From contig CATNEN010000007.1 of the NCBI GenBank assembly GCA_950097015.1, forward strand, positions 8,618,001 through 8,682,000: a DNA stretch of 64,000 nt, written 5' to 3'. The stretch is from Macrostomum hystrix. Taxonomy: Eukaryota; Animalia; Platyhelminthes. The notes beneath the pieces are model-generated. The model had not been told where the DNA came from, searched no databases, and saw only the letters and a list, made by a program, of their open reading frames with translations. Numbering within the stretch: position 1 is the stretch's first letter; each line of letters opens with the position of its first letter. The translations under genes were made by a program, and so were the position numbers. Below, piece after piece: positions 1-13,033 of the stretch.

Positions 1-934
1 ATCGACACCGTGCAAGCCAGTCTTTCCTTCCCAGCCGACAAAGAAGAAAAACACCTGCCTCTCGCGGAGGAGCCTGTGCAAGTCTGAGCTGTAGAAGATG
101 CTCGGGCACCTCAGCCACGTGGCTTAAGATTTAAGAAAGTCACCACTAGGAAACATTATTTTTCACTAGTTGGTTGGAAATAGTTCTGAATATAATGACG
201 CCCACAGCGACCCTCTCTCCGATCAAAATATTAATTGAGAATGTGTGCAGCGCGCGATCCGTAAGCCCAATCGCATTTAAATGAATAACTCTTGCAGCGG
301 CGTTTCAAATAATAAAAAAATGTTTAATTTTTAATTAAATATTTCTGCACATATGAGTTTCTTCTTCACACCAGTTCGTTCTTATTCCTGACATAAAAGA
401 AATTATAGTTTGTTTAATCGCTACTACGAAATTCAAACTAGACAAGCAGATTGCAAGGCACATACATACATTTACACTGCCACAGAAGAAGGCAAAGAAA
501 AAGGGGGGAGCATGGGGCGAAAGAGAAAAATGGGGAAAGAAAGGGGAAAGAGAGCATGGCGGCAGTGTCAGAGCAAGGTCTTACGCAAGGCACATGCAAA
601 TCATTTAAAAGCGCTATATACACTAATTAATTCAACTATTGGCTTATTGATAGCTACCGTGTGCAAATTAATTTCTTTATGCTGATTCCACATTTATTAA
701 GTCTAATTATGCCCGTCGATAATATAATTTGCGAAATCAATCGCGTTCAGTGACGACGTGTATATAATAATACGTCCGCGTGCATTCACTGCACTAGCCT
801 GATGTTTCAATCGCGCGTCCAACAATATTATTAGTATACATGTTCACTCATTTTCGATTGATTAAAGGCAAAAAAGGTTTGCTGCAAAGCCTTATCTCTT
901 TCAAATTGCCACATCGCGGCATCCCTCGCTTCCG

Positions 935-1088
935 CAAGGTTGGGCCGAGATTGACTGCCCGACCTCGGCTTGCCGACCCAATGCCGAGTTTGGGCCGACG
1001 TCGGATATCCGACCCCAGACAAGCCGACAGAATGCCGAGTGGCCGACGTCGGCCCGAGCTCGGGCCGATATCGGCTTTCCCACTGGGA
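935..1088. repeat. Cluster of GC-rich palindromes ending in CCCACTGGG, possibly a DNA transposon subterminal region
   Basis: GCCGACGTCGGC, GTCGGATATCCGAC, GGCCCGAGCTCGGGCC and GCCGATATCGGC. Confidence 0.5.
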
Positions 1089-2646
1089 CCTGTGCACGGC
1101 CGCCCAGCACGGCCGGACTTTCCTGCGGCGCTGATTGAGCTCGTCAACAGCCTGGTGCATCCGTCACTTTCTTCTCTGCTAAAGGGGGTCATTGGTTCTC
1201 AGAATGTATTCGAGCTCAGACTTTTTTGTATTACTAGTGAGAATTCAAATTCTCGTTGAATCGCAATGACGTATATTCGCAATCAGGGAAATCCATACTG
1301 ACGAAATGAGTTTTCGTTTTTTGTTTACTTTCAGGTGTGTTTTGTCCTTCTGAGGTTTTTATCTGAACAGTAGTGCCCCCAAGGGGGTCTTAGTGTGTTA
1401 GTTAATTACTATTAGCTATTTCTACCTAACTTTAATAGACAGCAATACTTTTTTATATTGTTTTATCTGAATTCGTTAAAAAAATTTAATTAAAATTTAA
1501 TTATCGAAAGTCGTACAGTCGAAACGACTGAAAGTCGAAAATCATTTATTGAAAAATGATTTTCAATAAATGAAGCTTGTTAATCAACGCTAAAAAAGAA
1601 AACTGTTACCCTTTGAATGTCGATGTAATAAAGCGAAATAGTACTGATATATTTATTTATAAATTTAATAATTTATAGCGTTTATAACGACTATTCATGC
1701 TGTTGCTAACCAAGCAAATGGTTTTTTTCGAACTCAATCTTAATAGAAAATTTATATATATAATTTATATAATGCATAATCACATTACAATCTAAACTTA
1801 ACGCTATCGCTTATCATTTTCATGTGCCACGTTGCGGATGAAAAGCTGGATATAAAAGAAAAGAAGAAAATAAATATGAAAAAAAGAAATCGACAGACTG
1901 CGAGTGGCAGTCGTACTTATATATATGCTTTTCTTTTTGGATTATATTAACGACGACGACTACGAGTACAGACTTAATGTAGTGACTTCAATCTGGTTTG
2001 TAAGGCTCACATAACTCACATCAAAGCTCACGTCACGTTACTAGTTAGGTTCAATGGTATAAGGAAATTTAGTATAGTGAAAACAAAGAATAGTTTTTTA
2101 AGTATATTTTATCTCTTAAAAATTAATGCATTTACATTTGTTTGCTAAAATGAAAATGTTTATATAAATTCACTAACAATGTACAAGCTTTGCAGTTTCA
2201 AAAATTATTAAAATTAAATAATTTACAAATGTACAAAAACAAAGTCTTAAAAGAATGCCTATTGGTGGCTATACATTAAAATTATAGGCATTTTTCTAGT
2301 GGATTCCAACTGTATCAGATTCGATTGATAATTCTGTCAGAGTTTTTTCACTTTCTATTTACTATTGATAAAAAGTAATAAAATTACGTCTGAATGCTGT
2401 ATTCAGTTTTGATTTCGCTTCAAATAGAATAGAAACAAGTAAAATCGGTTTCTGTGTCTCTCTTGTAATAGCGAAAAAGTATTTTTATCTGAGTAGCAAA
2501 AACAATATTCAGTTGTTAACTATTTAGATTTTTTGTCTGGTCTGGAATCGCAATCAATGTAGCATCTCAATCAGCAGAGTCTAACTAATTTTAAGAAAAT
2601 CAATAGGCTTTAAAACAGCAGTCTGTAACTGTATTGCAGCCCCGCC

Positions 2647-4989
2647 ATGAGCCACGTGGTGGAGGACCTACTGGAGCGGCACAGTCTTCTCGACCGGCCG
2701 AAAAAGCCGCGAATGATCAATGGCGAGTCGGCTGTGGAGTATCGCTGGCGCGTGCTGCGCAACAGCATCAAGAGCGTGTCGGACGACATCATGAAGGAAG
2801 ACGCACTGAACCTGTTCGTGTCGCATGGTATTGTCCCGGGACGCAGCCTGAGCCACACGCAGCCAATCACAGACTTTCTGCTACTGCCGCAGTTGCCAAA
2901 CCCGCTCCTTACTCTGGATGGCGCCTTCCTAAGGTTCTACGACTCCGAGGGCCGCCTGGCCGACGTCATTGCCCCGCCAAAGCCGATTGGCCGCCTGGTT
3001 TGGGCCGGACACGTCGGCCAGTTCGTCGGCTGGTCGGAGGGCGGCCGAACACTCCTGAATCTGAGCGGCGAGTTGGCCGTGCTGACCGAGGCAGCAACCG
3101 AGGCGCCGCTGACGCAGGTTAGGTTGGCTGCTCTTCACAATGAGGCAGATCGAAAATCTGATTTAGCTGCGGGACTTTGGCCTGCAGAGGGCCTATCGAA
3201 ATTATATTTTTAGACTTATGAAAATCGGCTTTTAACCGTAGAAAGACTTCTTCTTTCTTTTCTGTATCTCCAACCATTTTCTGTTATTCAACCAAGCAAT
3301 CGCCATTAAAATCCAGAACAGAGGCTACAATTTTCCGTCGTCAGGGTGTCTGATGGCAAAAATCACAACAAGGCAAAAATTTTCTGCTCACAAAACTTGA
3401 TCACAGCAATCATTTCAGCTACCACAGCTACATAGTTGTGGACTATGTTGTATTGATAATATTGTTAATTTATACACTTTTGAACCAATATGGATTCGCC
3501 ATCTCAGAGAAATGGCGTGGTCTGTCTGCTGTCAACGAAAATAGGCAATTTGCTGAAAATTTCCATCGTGCCTAATTCTTCAACTCCCTGTCCAGGTGCT
3601 TTACAATGCCAACAAGGAGGAGGTGGTAAGCTTCGAGCCGGGACAGGCCACCAGCTGGGTTTTCCGCTTTGGCAACCGGCACCTCCTGCCGCGCCGGCGC
3701 CTACAGGCCGGCCTGCCGACTGACCGCGGCTTCAGCCTGGTGGCGCTGGAGGACACAGCGGCCAAGCGGCAGCGCGCCTTCTGCGCAATGGACCGCTCCG
3801 TGTATGTCCTGCTGCTGCAGCAGGGCGAGTGCACTGCCGTGCACCGGGATCTGCACTCGGACGCCATTAGCGCGGTGCACTTCTTCAACCCACTAAAGCT
3901 GCTCTGCACCGGCGCCAGAGACGGTAGCGTCAAGGCCTGGGCGGCCGACACCTTTCGAGTGCACTGCGTCTTTGTCGGGCACAATGGCGCCGTCACAGCG
4001 CTGCACTTTTATCCCACCGGCCCCATGCTGCTGTCCGCTTCGGAGGATCGAAGCGTCCGGGTCTGGCACCTGGAGCTGCGGGATCAGGTGCGCGAGCTTG
4101 TCTCATTTCAGCCAGCGAGGAGGCAAACACATTTGACCGCTCTGCCACTCACCCCCGCATTCAGATGGAAAGCATGTGGCGTTTGTTGACTGTACATGAG
4201 TGCGAACCAGCCGGCGGCAACAAGGAATGCCCTTCATTTGAACCTTCGCTAAACATCTCTCCCTCACTCCGTCGCCTCCCCAGGTGGACGAGGTGCGCCT
4301 GGACTCGGCTGGCTCGGATCCTTCGGAAGCCGCCGAGACGCCGCTCCGACTGGCCGCCCAGTTTGGCGCCGGGGCCTTCTACACCGCCGGCCAGCGCTCA
4401 GTCCGCACCTGGCGCGTCCAGGAGATTTACACGCACCGGACCAGCCTGTGCTCACCGGTGACGCGGCTGCAGGCCAGCCCGCCCAGGCCCGGCCACCCGG
4501 TGCGAGTGCTCGTCACCTGCCAGGACTCCAGCGTGCACATCGTGTCACCGGCCAGCGGCAACATCATCTCCTCGGCGCTGGCCGGAGGGTCCACGCTTAC
4601 GGGATCGCCGCAGGTGAGGCTTTCCCGATGGTTACTCTGTTAGCTACTCAGTCAGGGGGCTCGGTGGCAGAGCGTTTAACGCGTTTGCCTCTCGCACCAA
4701 GGTCCCTGAGCTCGATTTCGCGGCAAGGCCACATTTATTTGGGGCGCAGCCGCGGAGAGAAGGCTTGGGGCAATTCACGCTTTTGAGGGCCAACCTCCAT
4801 GGCACAGTGAGAGTGTACGCTGCCTGACAAGATGAGAAAGTCAGGGCAGAGTCAGGTCAGGTATCCGCGTCAGGTATCTGCATGGGTACGTGTGTGCTCA
4901 GGAGTCAGCGAAATGGGCAGAATTGCCTCCTCGCTGGCTGTGGGTCTAGTGTCACCAAATGATGTGCCACTGCCCGCAGCCCTCTTGCA

Positions 4990-5032
<43 letters not shown>

Positions 5033-8000
5033 TTGTCAGCAACTTAGTCCTGTCTTCCGAAATGCATGAATAGAAATGAAAAACTGCCTTGTATGGCCAG
5101 ATTTACACCATTAGACTGCTCCTTGACCCAATGTTCTGCCCCAGCACCCATTTTATATCTGGGTGAACTGATTGATTTGAAATCCATGCCGCTGCCATGC
5201 GAAAAGAACTATCGCATTACTCTACTTACAATAGTAGTGCATGCAGCAAATGGCCGCTGAATCTGCAGGTGGCCGCGGCAGCCTACTCACCGGACCCGCG
5301 GCGGCACCGGCTCTACTGTGCGCTGTCGGACGGCTCCCTTGCCGTGTGGAATCCGGACAGCCGGCCGGCCCGCCTGCTGCGCTGTTGGCCAAGCCCGGGG
5401 CCCGGCTGCGAGTGCCGCTGCCTGGCGCTGTACGAGTACGCCGCCGGCTCCGGAGCCAGCAAGTCGCTGCTGATCGCTGGTCGCGCCAACGGCAGCCTCT
5501 GTACCTACGGCGATGAGGGCCCGGACTACGCGGTGGACGGGCACGGTAGCAAGGGCGTCCTGGAGCTCGTGGCCAACCCCAGCCAGGACCAGGTGGTGTC
5601 GGCCGGCCAGGACAACATCATCCGGGTGTGGCGGGTGTTCCCGTTCGTGCGCGAGGCCCTGGCGCCGCTGATGCAGTTCTTCTGCGCGCACACGCCCGTG
5701 TGCATGAGCGCCCTGCGCTCTCTGCTCATGGTGGGCTTTCAGGTGAGGCTCCGAGGGGCAGGTTCCGTGCGCACTACTGCAAGTAATTACCAAGCACTCT
5801 CGATTCGTAGGCAATTCTTTAACAGTTGAAAGACTATGGGGGCATTTCGAATACCCACATTTTTATTTTTTCTGCATCTCCTTAAATATTCAACCAATCA
5901 CCATGAAAATCTAGCATTAAATCTCAGAATAAATTCTTTCCGCTTAGTCCGATGAAACAACTTCCAGAATCACAAAACATAGGCATCGTCGAGATATTCA
6001 ACGATTATCGTCGGGTGTCTGGTGGCAAAACAAGAAATATAGGCTTTTTCTGCTCAAAAAATTTCATCATTTCGGCTCTCAGTTTTAACTATTCTGGATT
6101 CATTAAATTTGTATTTTTTATTTATAAACCAATATGGATTCGCCATAGAGGTTCAGTTGTCCTTGTCACTAGTGTCTTCGACTAGAAACGCTGAATATCT
6201 CGGCTATGCTGACTCGGACGAGGGGCGAGTGGGTCAGCGCTAGCGTCGCTGCCTCGCACTCCAATGGACGCTAGTTCGATTCTCCCTTCAAGTCACGATT
6301 AATTTCGGGACTTGTTGGGGGGTTTGGACAGTAGCGACCGGCGGAGGTGCACCATATTTCGTGCAGTCAAAGCTTGAAATAATAGCTTCGCTCCTACCCT
6401 CTGTGTGCCTGTTCTGCGTTGTGTGAGTTGTGTGCGATGGCGCTGGGGCGTGAGGCCTTGCGGGGGTGGCTGGGGGCGGGTGTACACCGCCGCGCGCTTT
6501 CTGGATTTCCGTCAGCGCGATTGGATAAGTGTACACTCATCACCCCCCCTTGAGGACTGATTTCTTATCAGCCTTCCGCCCCGGCTTGGTCTGCTCTGTG
6601 CGTGTGGGGCTGGGGTGGGGGCACTGCTGCCTATTCTGGCTGCCTCCTGCCCTCCCCGGCAGGTCTGTGCTGCTGTGTGTGGTGCCTGCTCAGGGAAGGC
6701 GGCGCGATGGGCGCTAAGCGCCTAGTTCGCCGGTCTGGGGGCGTGCCGCTCCGTCGCTTGTGCGACAAGTGCCCCGGGCCCCCCTGCAAATAGATAGATA
6801 GAGACTCGCAAATAGATAGATAGAGACTCGCAAATAGATAGATAGAGACTCGCAAATAGATAGATAGAGACTCGCAAATAGATAGATAGAGACTCGCAAA
6901 TAGATAGATAGAGACTCGCAAATAGATAGATAGAGACTCGCAAATAGATAGATAGAGACTCGCAAATAGATAGATAGAGACTCGCAAATAGATAGATAGA
7001 GACTCACAAATAGATAGATAGAGACTCGCAAATAGATAGATAGAGACTCGCAAATAGATAGATAGAGACTCGCAAATAGATAGATAGAGACTCGCAAATA
7101 GATAGATAGAGACTCGCAAATAGATAGATAGAGACTCGCAAATAGATAGATAGAGACTCGCAAATAGATAGATAGAGACTCGCAAATAGATAGATAGAGA
7201 CTGGGGCGGCTTTGAAAGTTAGTTCATCGTAAAGGGCGGAAAATTTTGATCCATACAGTGGACGTGAACGAAAATCGGTCACTCGGTTTGGGAGCCATCG
7301 TGAAGTAGGCAGTGGGTATTTGAATAACCCCGAAGTCTTGCCCCAGGGGAAATAGCAGGGTCTGTCTGTAGTTAATGCCGATCTGAAATGCCGATGAAAT
7401 GCCGATCCGAAATGCTGATTTGAAAAAGCCTCGAAGCGATGAAATTGCATGCTCAAATTCGAAGCACAACTTGCAACTGCCCAGGTTCTTATCCTCAGCA
7501 AGTTCTCACACTGACTGCGCCTTGGAGTTCGGTCCTCCAAGGGCCTTCATCGCCGTAGGTGCAGAGTTCGTCATGTGTTGACGAACTCGCGCCCGGCCGC
7601 AGGAAATCAACCTAGAAATAAAAATTGACAGAACTTTTGCGCCCCGCAGGATCCGCAGTCCGCCACGTACAGCGTCGTGATGTACGACCTGGAGGACAAG
7701 AGCCGCCAGGACCACAGCCCTGAGGACGACCACCTCGACAAGCTGACTGGCGCCGCCGCCTGCCCCAAGCTGCGCCAGTTTGCCACCGTCAGCCAGGACG
7801 GCACCCTGCGAGTCTGGAGCAGCTCCAACCGCCTGCTGAAGGCCGTCCAGCTGCACGCCAGGCCGCAGGGCGTCGTCTTCTTCTCGGACACGGGCGACCT
7901 CCTGCTGGGCATCGGCGCCAGCCTCTACGCCATCGAGCACCGGCGCTACCTGCCCAAAATGCAGCGCCGGCGCATGGCAATGATGCACTTCCTGGAGACC

Positions 8001-11000
8001 GCAGAGGAGCCTCTCAGCGGCGACATGGACGACCAGCTGCTCGCCCAGCTGCCTTTCCCTGACAGGCAGCGCCTGCTCGCCTGCCGGCCCGCCCGCAACT
8101 TCGAGACCTTCGCGGATCCGGACCCGCTCGAGGAGGAGCCGGACGATGTCGAAGAGAGACTGGCTCGCGAGGCCGCCTTCGGCACCATCGCCAGCCGGGA
8201 GCGAGAGCTGCGGATGCTGCGAGACGGTGACATCAAGCCGAAGAGGCGACCCGCGGCCACCCCGGCCACCAAGGAGGAGGCCTTCAACAAGTGAGCAAAG
8301 CTCTGAACCTTCAACCAGAAGACCCAGAAGACTTCACCCAGAAGGCTTGACCCACACTGAAGGCTTGACCCAGACTGAAGGCTTAACCCAGAAGGCTTGA
8401 CCCAGACTGAACGCTTGACCCAGACTGAAGGCTTGTCCCACATTGAAGGCTTGACCAGAAGGCTTGACCCAGACTGAAGGCTTAACCCAGAAGGCTTGAC
8501 CCAGACTGAACGCTTGACCCAGACTGAAGGCTTAACCCAGAAGGCTTGACCCAGACTGAACGCTTGACCCAGAAGGCTTGACCCAGACTGAACGCTTGAC
8601 CCAGGCTGAACGCTTGACCAGAAGGCTTGACCTGGTTTTGGATTCATTTAATTTGTATTTTTTCATTTATAAACCAATATGGATTCGCCATAGAGGTTCA
8701 GTTGTCCTTGTCACCAGTGTCTTCGACTCACCCCTCACTGATTCACCCCTCACTGATTCACCCCTCACTGATTCACCCCTCACTGATTCACCCCTCACTG
8801 ATTCACCCCTCACTGATTCACCCCTCACTGATTCACCCCTCACTGATTCACCCCTCACTGATTCACCCCTCACTGATTCACCCCTCACTGATTCACCCCT
8901 CACTGATTCACCCCTCACTGATTCACCCCTCACTGATTCACCCCTCACTGATTCACCCCTCACTGATTCACCCCTCAATAATTTAATTCTGATCTCTTCT
9001 CGCTTTGCCTGAGCCGGCCCCAGCATAGCTGACCCCTCCTTAAGGCTGAAGGCTTAACCCAGAAGGCTTGACCCAGGCTGAATGCTTGACCAGAAGGCTT
9101 GACCCAGAAGGCTTGACCCAGAAGGCTTGACCAGAGGGCTTGACCCAGAAGGCTTGACCAGAGGGCTTGACCCAGAAGGCTTGACCAGAGGGCTTGACCC
9201 AGAAGGCTTGACCAGAGGGCTTAACCCAGAAGGCTTGACCCAGGCTGAAGGCTTGACCCAGAAGGCTTGACCCAGGCTGAAGGCTTGACCCAGAAGGCTT
9301 GACCCAGAAGGCTTGACCAGAGGGCTTGACCCAGAAGGCTTGACCAGAGGGCTTGACCCAGAAGGCAAGCCCAGAATGGAGGCTTGACCAAGAAGGCTTG
9401 ACCCAGATTGAAGGCTTGACCCAGACTGAAGGCTTGACCCAGGCTGAAGGCTTGACCCAGAAGGCTTGACCCAGAAGGCTTGACCAGAGGGCTTGACCCA
9501 GAAGGCTTGACCAGAGGGCTTGACCCAGAAGGCAAGCCCAGAATGGAGGCTTGACCAAGAAGGCTTGACCCAGATTGAAGGCTTGACCCAGACTGAAGGC
9601 TTGACCCACACTGAAGGCTTGACACGGATTGAAGGCTTGACCCACAGTCCAAACTTGCTCATGCATAAAGCCTCAAACCAGATAATGAAACTAAATTTTC
9701 CAGTTTCATCCTCCGTGAACTTTCGCGATGGTAAGGCCTGGCCTAGTCAAAATCACCTCATTCTCGAGAGTGCGTCACAATAACTAGTCGTAGAATTTCG
9801 ATAACTTTCAATGAAATAAGAGTAAACCAAAATCAAACTAAAAATTCCAGCACCAGTCATTCCGCAGCGGTTTTCACGCCTTTGTGCTGAATATAAAAGA
9901 AAATATCATTTAGCCAAGTACCATTTTCTATTGAGTCTGAGTTCTCAACAGACAGTTATCTGTCTGAGTTCCAAATGCAATGCAAATTTTTCCCTGGAAT
10001 TGTGGAACTAGCGCACTTCGAAACGAATCCGCGGCGAGGTCATTTGGGGCGCTTTGGGTCCTATCGTATAGTTTACGCCAATCAACGCCGAACCCTTAAG
10101 AACTCACTCAAAGCAATGAACTCACTCAAAGCAATGAACTCACTCAGAGAAATGAACTCACTCAGAGCAATGAACTCACTCAGAGCAATGAACTCACTCA
10201 AAGCAATGAACTCACTCAGAGAAATGAACTCACTCAGAGAAATGAACTCACTCAGAGCAATGAACTCACTCAGAGCAATGAACTCACTCAGAGCAATGAA
10301 CTCACTCAGAGCAATGAACTCACCCCAGATTCCTGTCGCTGGTGTCGGACCACCCTGTGCTGCCGCCGCCGCCCAAAGAATCGAACCTGGACGCCGTGGT
10401 AAAGGCCACGCTGGAGCCGCCCCAGCTGCCTCGGCCGAAGCAGGCCTACAGGCCCGACATCTGTCCCGGCTTCTTCCCCTCTCAACAGGCGGCCGTCCGG
10501 CCGCAGCCGGGCCTCGCCAAGATTCCGCGCGGCGGCTGCGTGCCGAACTCGGTGCTGGCCAAGCTGCTGTGGCCGGAGGAGGCCCTGCTGGAGCACGAGA
10601 AGTCCGCCACGCAGGCCTCCGCCCGCGGCTGGCGACCGCCGGACCTCAGCGAAGAGCAACTGCGCCAGCTCCGGCACCTGCGACGGCGCAGCTCCGAAGA
10701 GGAGGCCGACAGGCAGACGCTTTTGAAGAGCTGGGCCGACTCCCGCGATGCCGGCGGCAGCGACGGCGACGATGAGGACGGCGAGGAGGCCGGCGAACTG
10801 CTGTTCGAGCTGGAGGCTGACAGAAAGAAGCGCGAGCAGCAGGTCAGGCCACTGATTCACCCCTCACTGATTCATCCCTCACTGATTCACCCCTCACTGA
10901 TTCACCCCTCACTAATTCACCCCTCACTGATTCACCCCTCACTGATTCACCCATCACTCATTCACCCCTCACTGATTCACCCCTCACTGATTCACCCCTC

Positions 11001-13033
11001 ACTGATTCACCCCTCAGTGATTCACCTCTCAATAATTTAATTCTGATCTCTTCTCGCTTTGCCTGAGCCGGCCCCAGAAACTCACCCAACCCAACTCAAA
11101 GCCTCCCCACGCCGCACGCCGCAGGAGCAGGAGCAGCGGGAGCGGGAGCAGTCAGACTTCATGCGCCGAATGCAGCAGGCAATGGACGAAGCCGCGTCAG
11201 AGGTCGCAGCCGAAGCGGCCGAAGTTGAGGAGGAGCGAACCCGCGAGGCGTCCACGGTGTCAGCCGATTCTAAACGCCCGCCGACGCGACCAACTCGACG
11301 GGCGACGCAGGAGGAGCTGACGGCGGCGGCGCGATCGCGCAGCTCTCACTCGCTGGCCTCACCGAAGAAGCGGCCGCAGCCGAGACCACCCTCGGAGCAG
11401 CGCCGATCGATTGTGGCTGCCTCCCCAGCGACGGCCGCGGAGTCTCCGCCGAGCGTCTCCCGTCAGGCATCGGATGCGGCACTGGCAGGGGGTCAGCAGC
11501 AGCAGCTCCAGCAGCAGCAGCAGGTGAGGCTATTTTATAGGAAAGCAGGAAAAGTTTCTGCTTCAGCATATTCCGAACTTCTCTACCTGTCTACCTACCA
11601 ATCCCCTAAACTGACCAAGCAGGGCCCACCGCCGCCGCCGCCGCTGCCGAGCTACGTGACTCAGTTTGCTGACGAGGCCTGGTTCGATGCAGCCTTCCCG
11701 GAGCCGCGGCGGCGCAGCCTGCCCGACCCGCTGACTCCGGTGACCTTCGCCAGTCGGCTGCTGCGGCTGCTGCCCGGAGCTGCCTGGCCTGACAGGAACT
11801 CGGTGTGCCGAGCGCTGCAGCAGCTGCATTCGCAGGAGTCTCTGGGCCACCAGTGCCAGCAGGACGCCCGCCGGGTAGTCCTGGAGCTGCTGGAGCTGCC
11901 GCCGGACTGCAGCGTCTCTGAGCAGCGCGAGTTTGTGCGCCAGGGTTTGACGCTGCTCACTCAGGGCGGGCCGGACAAGCCGCTGCTGACGGAGCTGCTG
12001 CTGTGGTACTTCGAGGGAGACGAGCTCACGCAGAGCTTCGTGATGGAGGCGCTCAACTTTCTGGGGAGAAAGTGAGTTTAATGTGGGAACTCTTGGCTGA
12101 TTCAAAGCTAGCAGAACCAATCCTCGGCGCTTCTTCAGTCCCACCAATAACCAGTCCTCAGGGCGTGGCTTTTGGTTCTAAGCACATTTGGTTCCGCTAA
12201 AGCGCGTGCACGCCCATTCGCCACCCAGAGATGAGCACCACTGCCTGGAGCGCGAGCTGGACCAGTGGGACGTCTGGTCCGTGACGGAGCCCGGCCGGCG
12301 GCGTCCGCACCTCCGCCGCGCCATCTCAGACTGGCTGGAGCGCTGGCTTGCGAACTTCCGCGCGGCGTTGCGCCAGACGGCGGAGCGCCTGGCCCGCGGC
12401 GAGCCAATTCAGGGCCGGGTGCCGCAGGCCGCTGCCGGGACATCCTCCGGAAAGCCGCTGACCGTTACGTTCGAGTCGGCGCCGGATCCCTCAAAGCTGG
12501 CTGACAGCGGCACCTACATGGAGGCCGTCAACTACTTCTGCGAGACGCAGCTCAGCCAGCAGCTCGCGCGCCTGCGCTCCAAGAAGCGCTCCTCTGTGCG
12601 CGCCGGCCGTCCGACAGCGGCACGAGCGGCAGGCACCGGCGAGGCGGCGGTGGCGGACGCGGAGCCGGCGCGTAAGAACACCATCTTAGTGCTGCCCAGC
12701 CTGCCCCAGCGGACCTCGCTGATGCGGCTCGGTGAGTCCCATGGCGACTTCCAGCCGGCGAGGAGGCGCGACCCAGTCGGCGCAGCCGTGGCTGCCGCGG
12801 CTACCGACAGCAGCCAGCCGGCCGCCTGCCAGCCCGGCCGCGCCTACCAGCAGGTCATGAGCGGTGGCTTCGCGCCCTTCATGCACCTGCCGATGAAGCA
12901 GGTGCGGCTCAACCCGTTCCCCAGCCTGCTGGACGACCTGGACTGGGAGGCCGCCACCCAGCCGGTGCTGCTCACGCTCAAGTGCGCCGGCCGCATGTTC
13001 ATTCCCGCTCTGTCCCAGGTGCAACAGGACTGA
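2647..13033 (+). CDS. Multi-exon WD40-repeat protein, WDR97/WDR87-like
   Basis: Phase-consistent GT-AG exons: 2647-3117, 3596-4087, 4284-4613, 5269-5742, 7650-8290, 10329-10842, 11125-11523, 11623-12071, 12229-13033. WD repeats include [48 protein letters not shown] and [13 protein letters not shown]. The family assignment comes from architecture and recall, not a search. The 5' end may extend to an upstream exon (acceptor-like site at about 2639). Confidence 0.8.
3236..3545 (+). mobile_element. Partial MITE copy in WD40 gene intron 1
   Basis: TTAA-CCGTAGAAAGAC start and shared core AACCAATATGGATTCGCCAT. Confidence 0.55.
4655..5035 (+). mobile_element. Second tRNA-derived SINE-like element with (ATA)n/(TTA)n tail
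   Basis: GGGGCTCGGTGGCAGAGCG A-box-like head, degenerate B box and trinucleotide tail. Confidence 0.45.
5823..7371 (+). mobile_element. TTAA-flanked MITE copy interrupted by an insertion of about 1 kb (6221-7206)
   Basis: The family sequence breaks after GACTCGGACG at 6220 and resumes at CGGCTTTGAAAG at about 7207. Confidence 0.65.
6787..7202. repeat. 22-bp minisatellite CAAATAGATAGATAGAGACTCG
   Basis: About 19 near-perfect copies. Confidence 0.95.
8335..9645. repeat. GAAGGCTTGACCCA-based minisatellite in two blocks (8335-8632, 9045-9645), with a 15-bp GATTCACCCCTCACT array at 8725-8977 between them
   Basis: Direct reading. Confidence 0.95.
10099..10323. repeat. 18-bp minisatellite AATGAACTCACTCAGAGC
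   Basis: About 12 copies abutting the acceptor at 10328. Confidence 0.95.
10850..11030. repeat. 15-bp minisatellite GATTCACCCCTCACT
   Basis: About 12 copies, same unit as 8725-8977. Confidence 0.95.
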
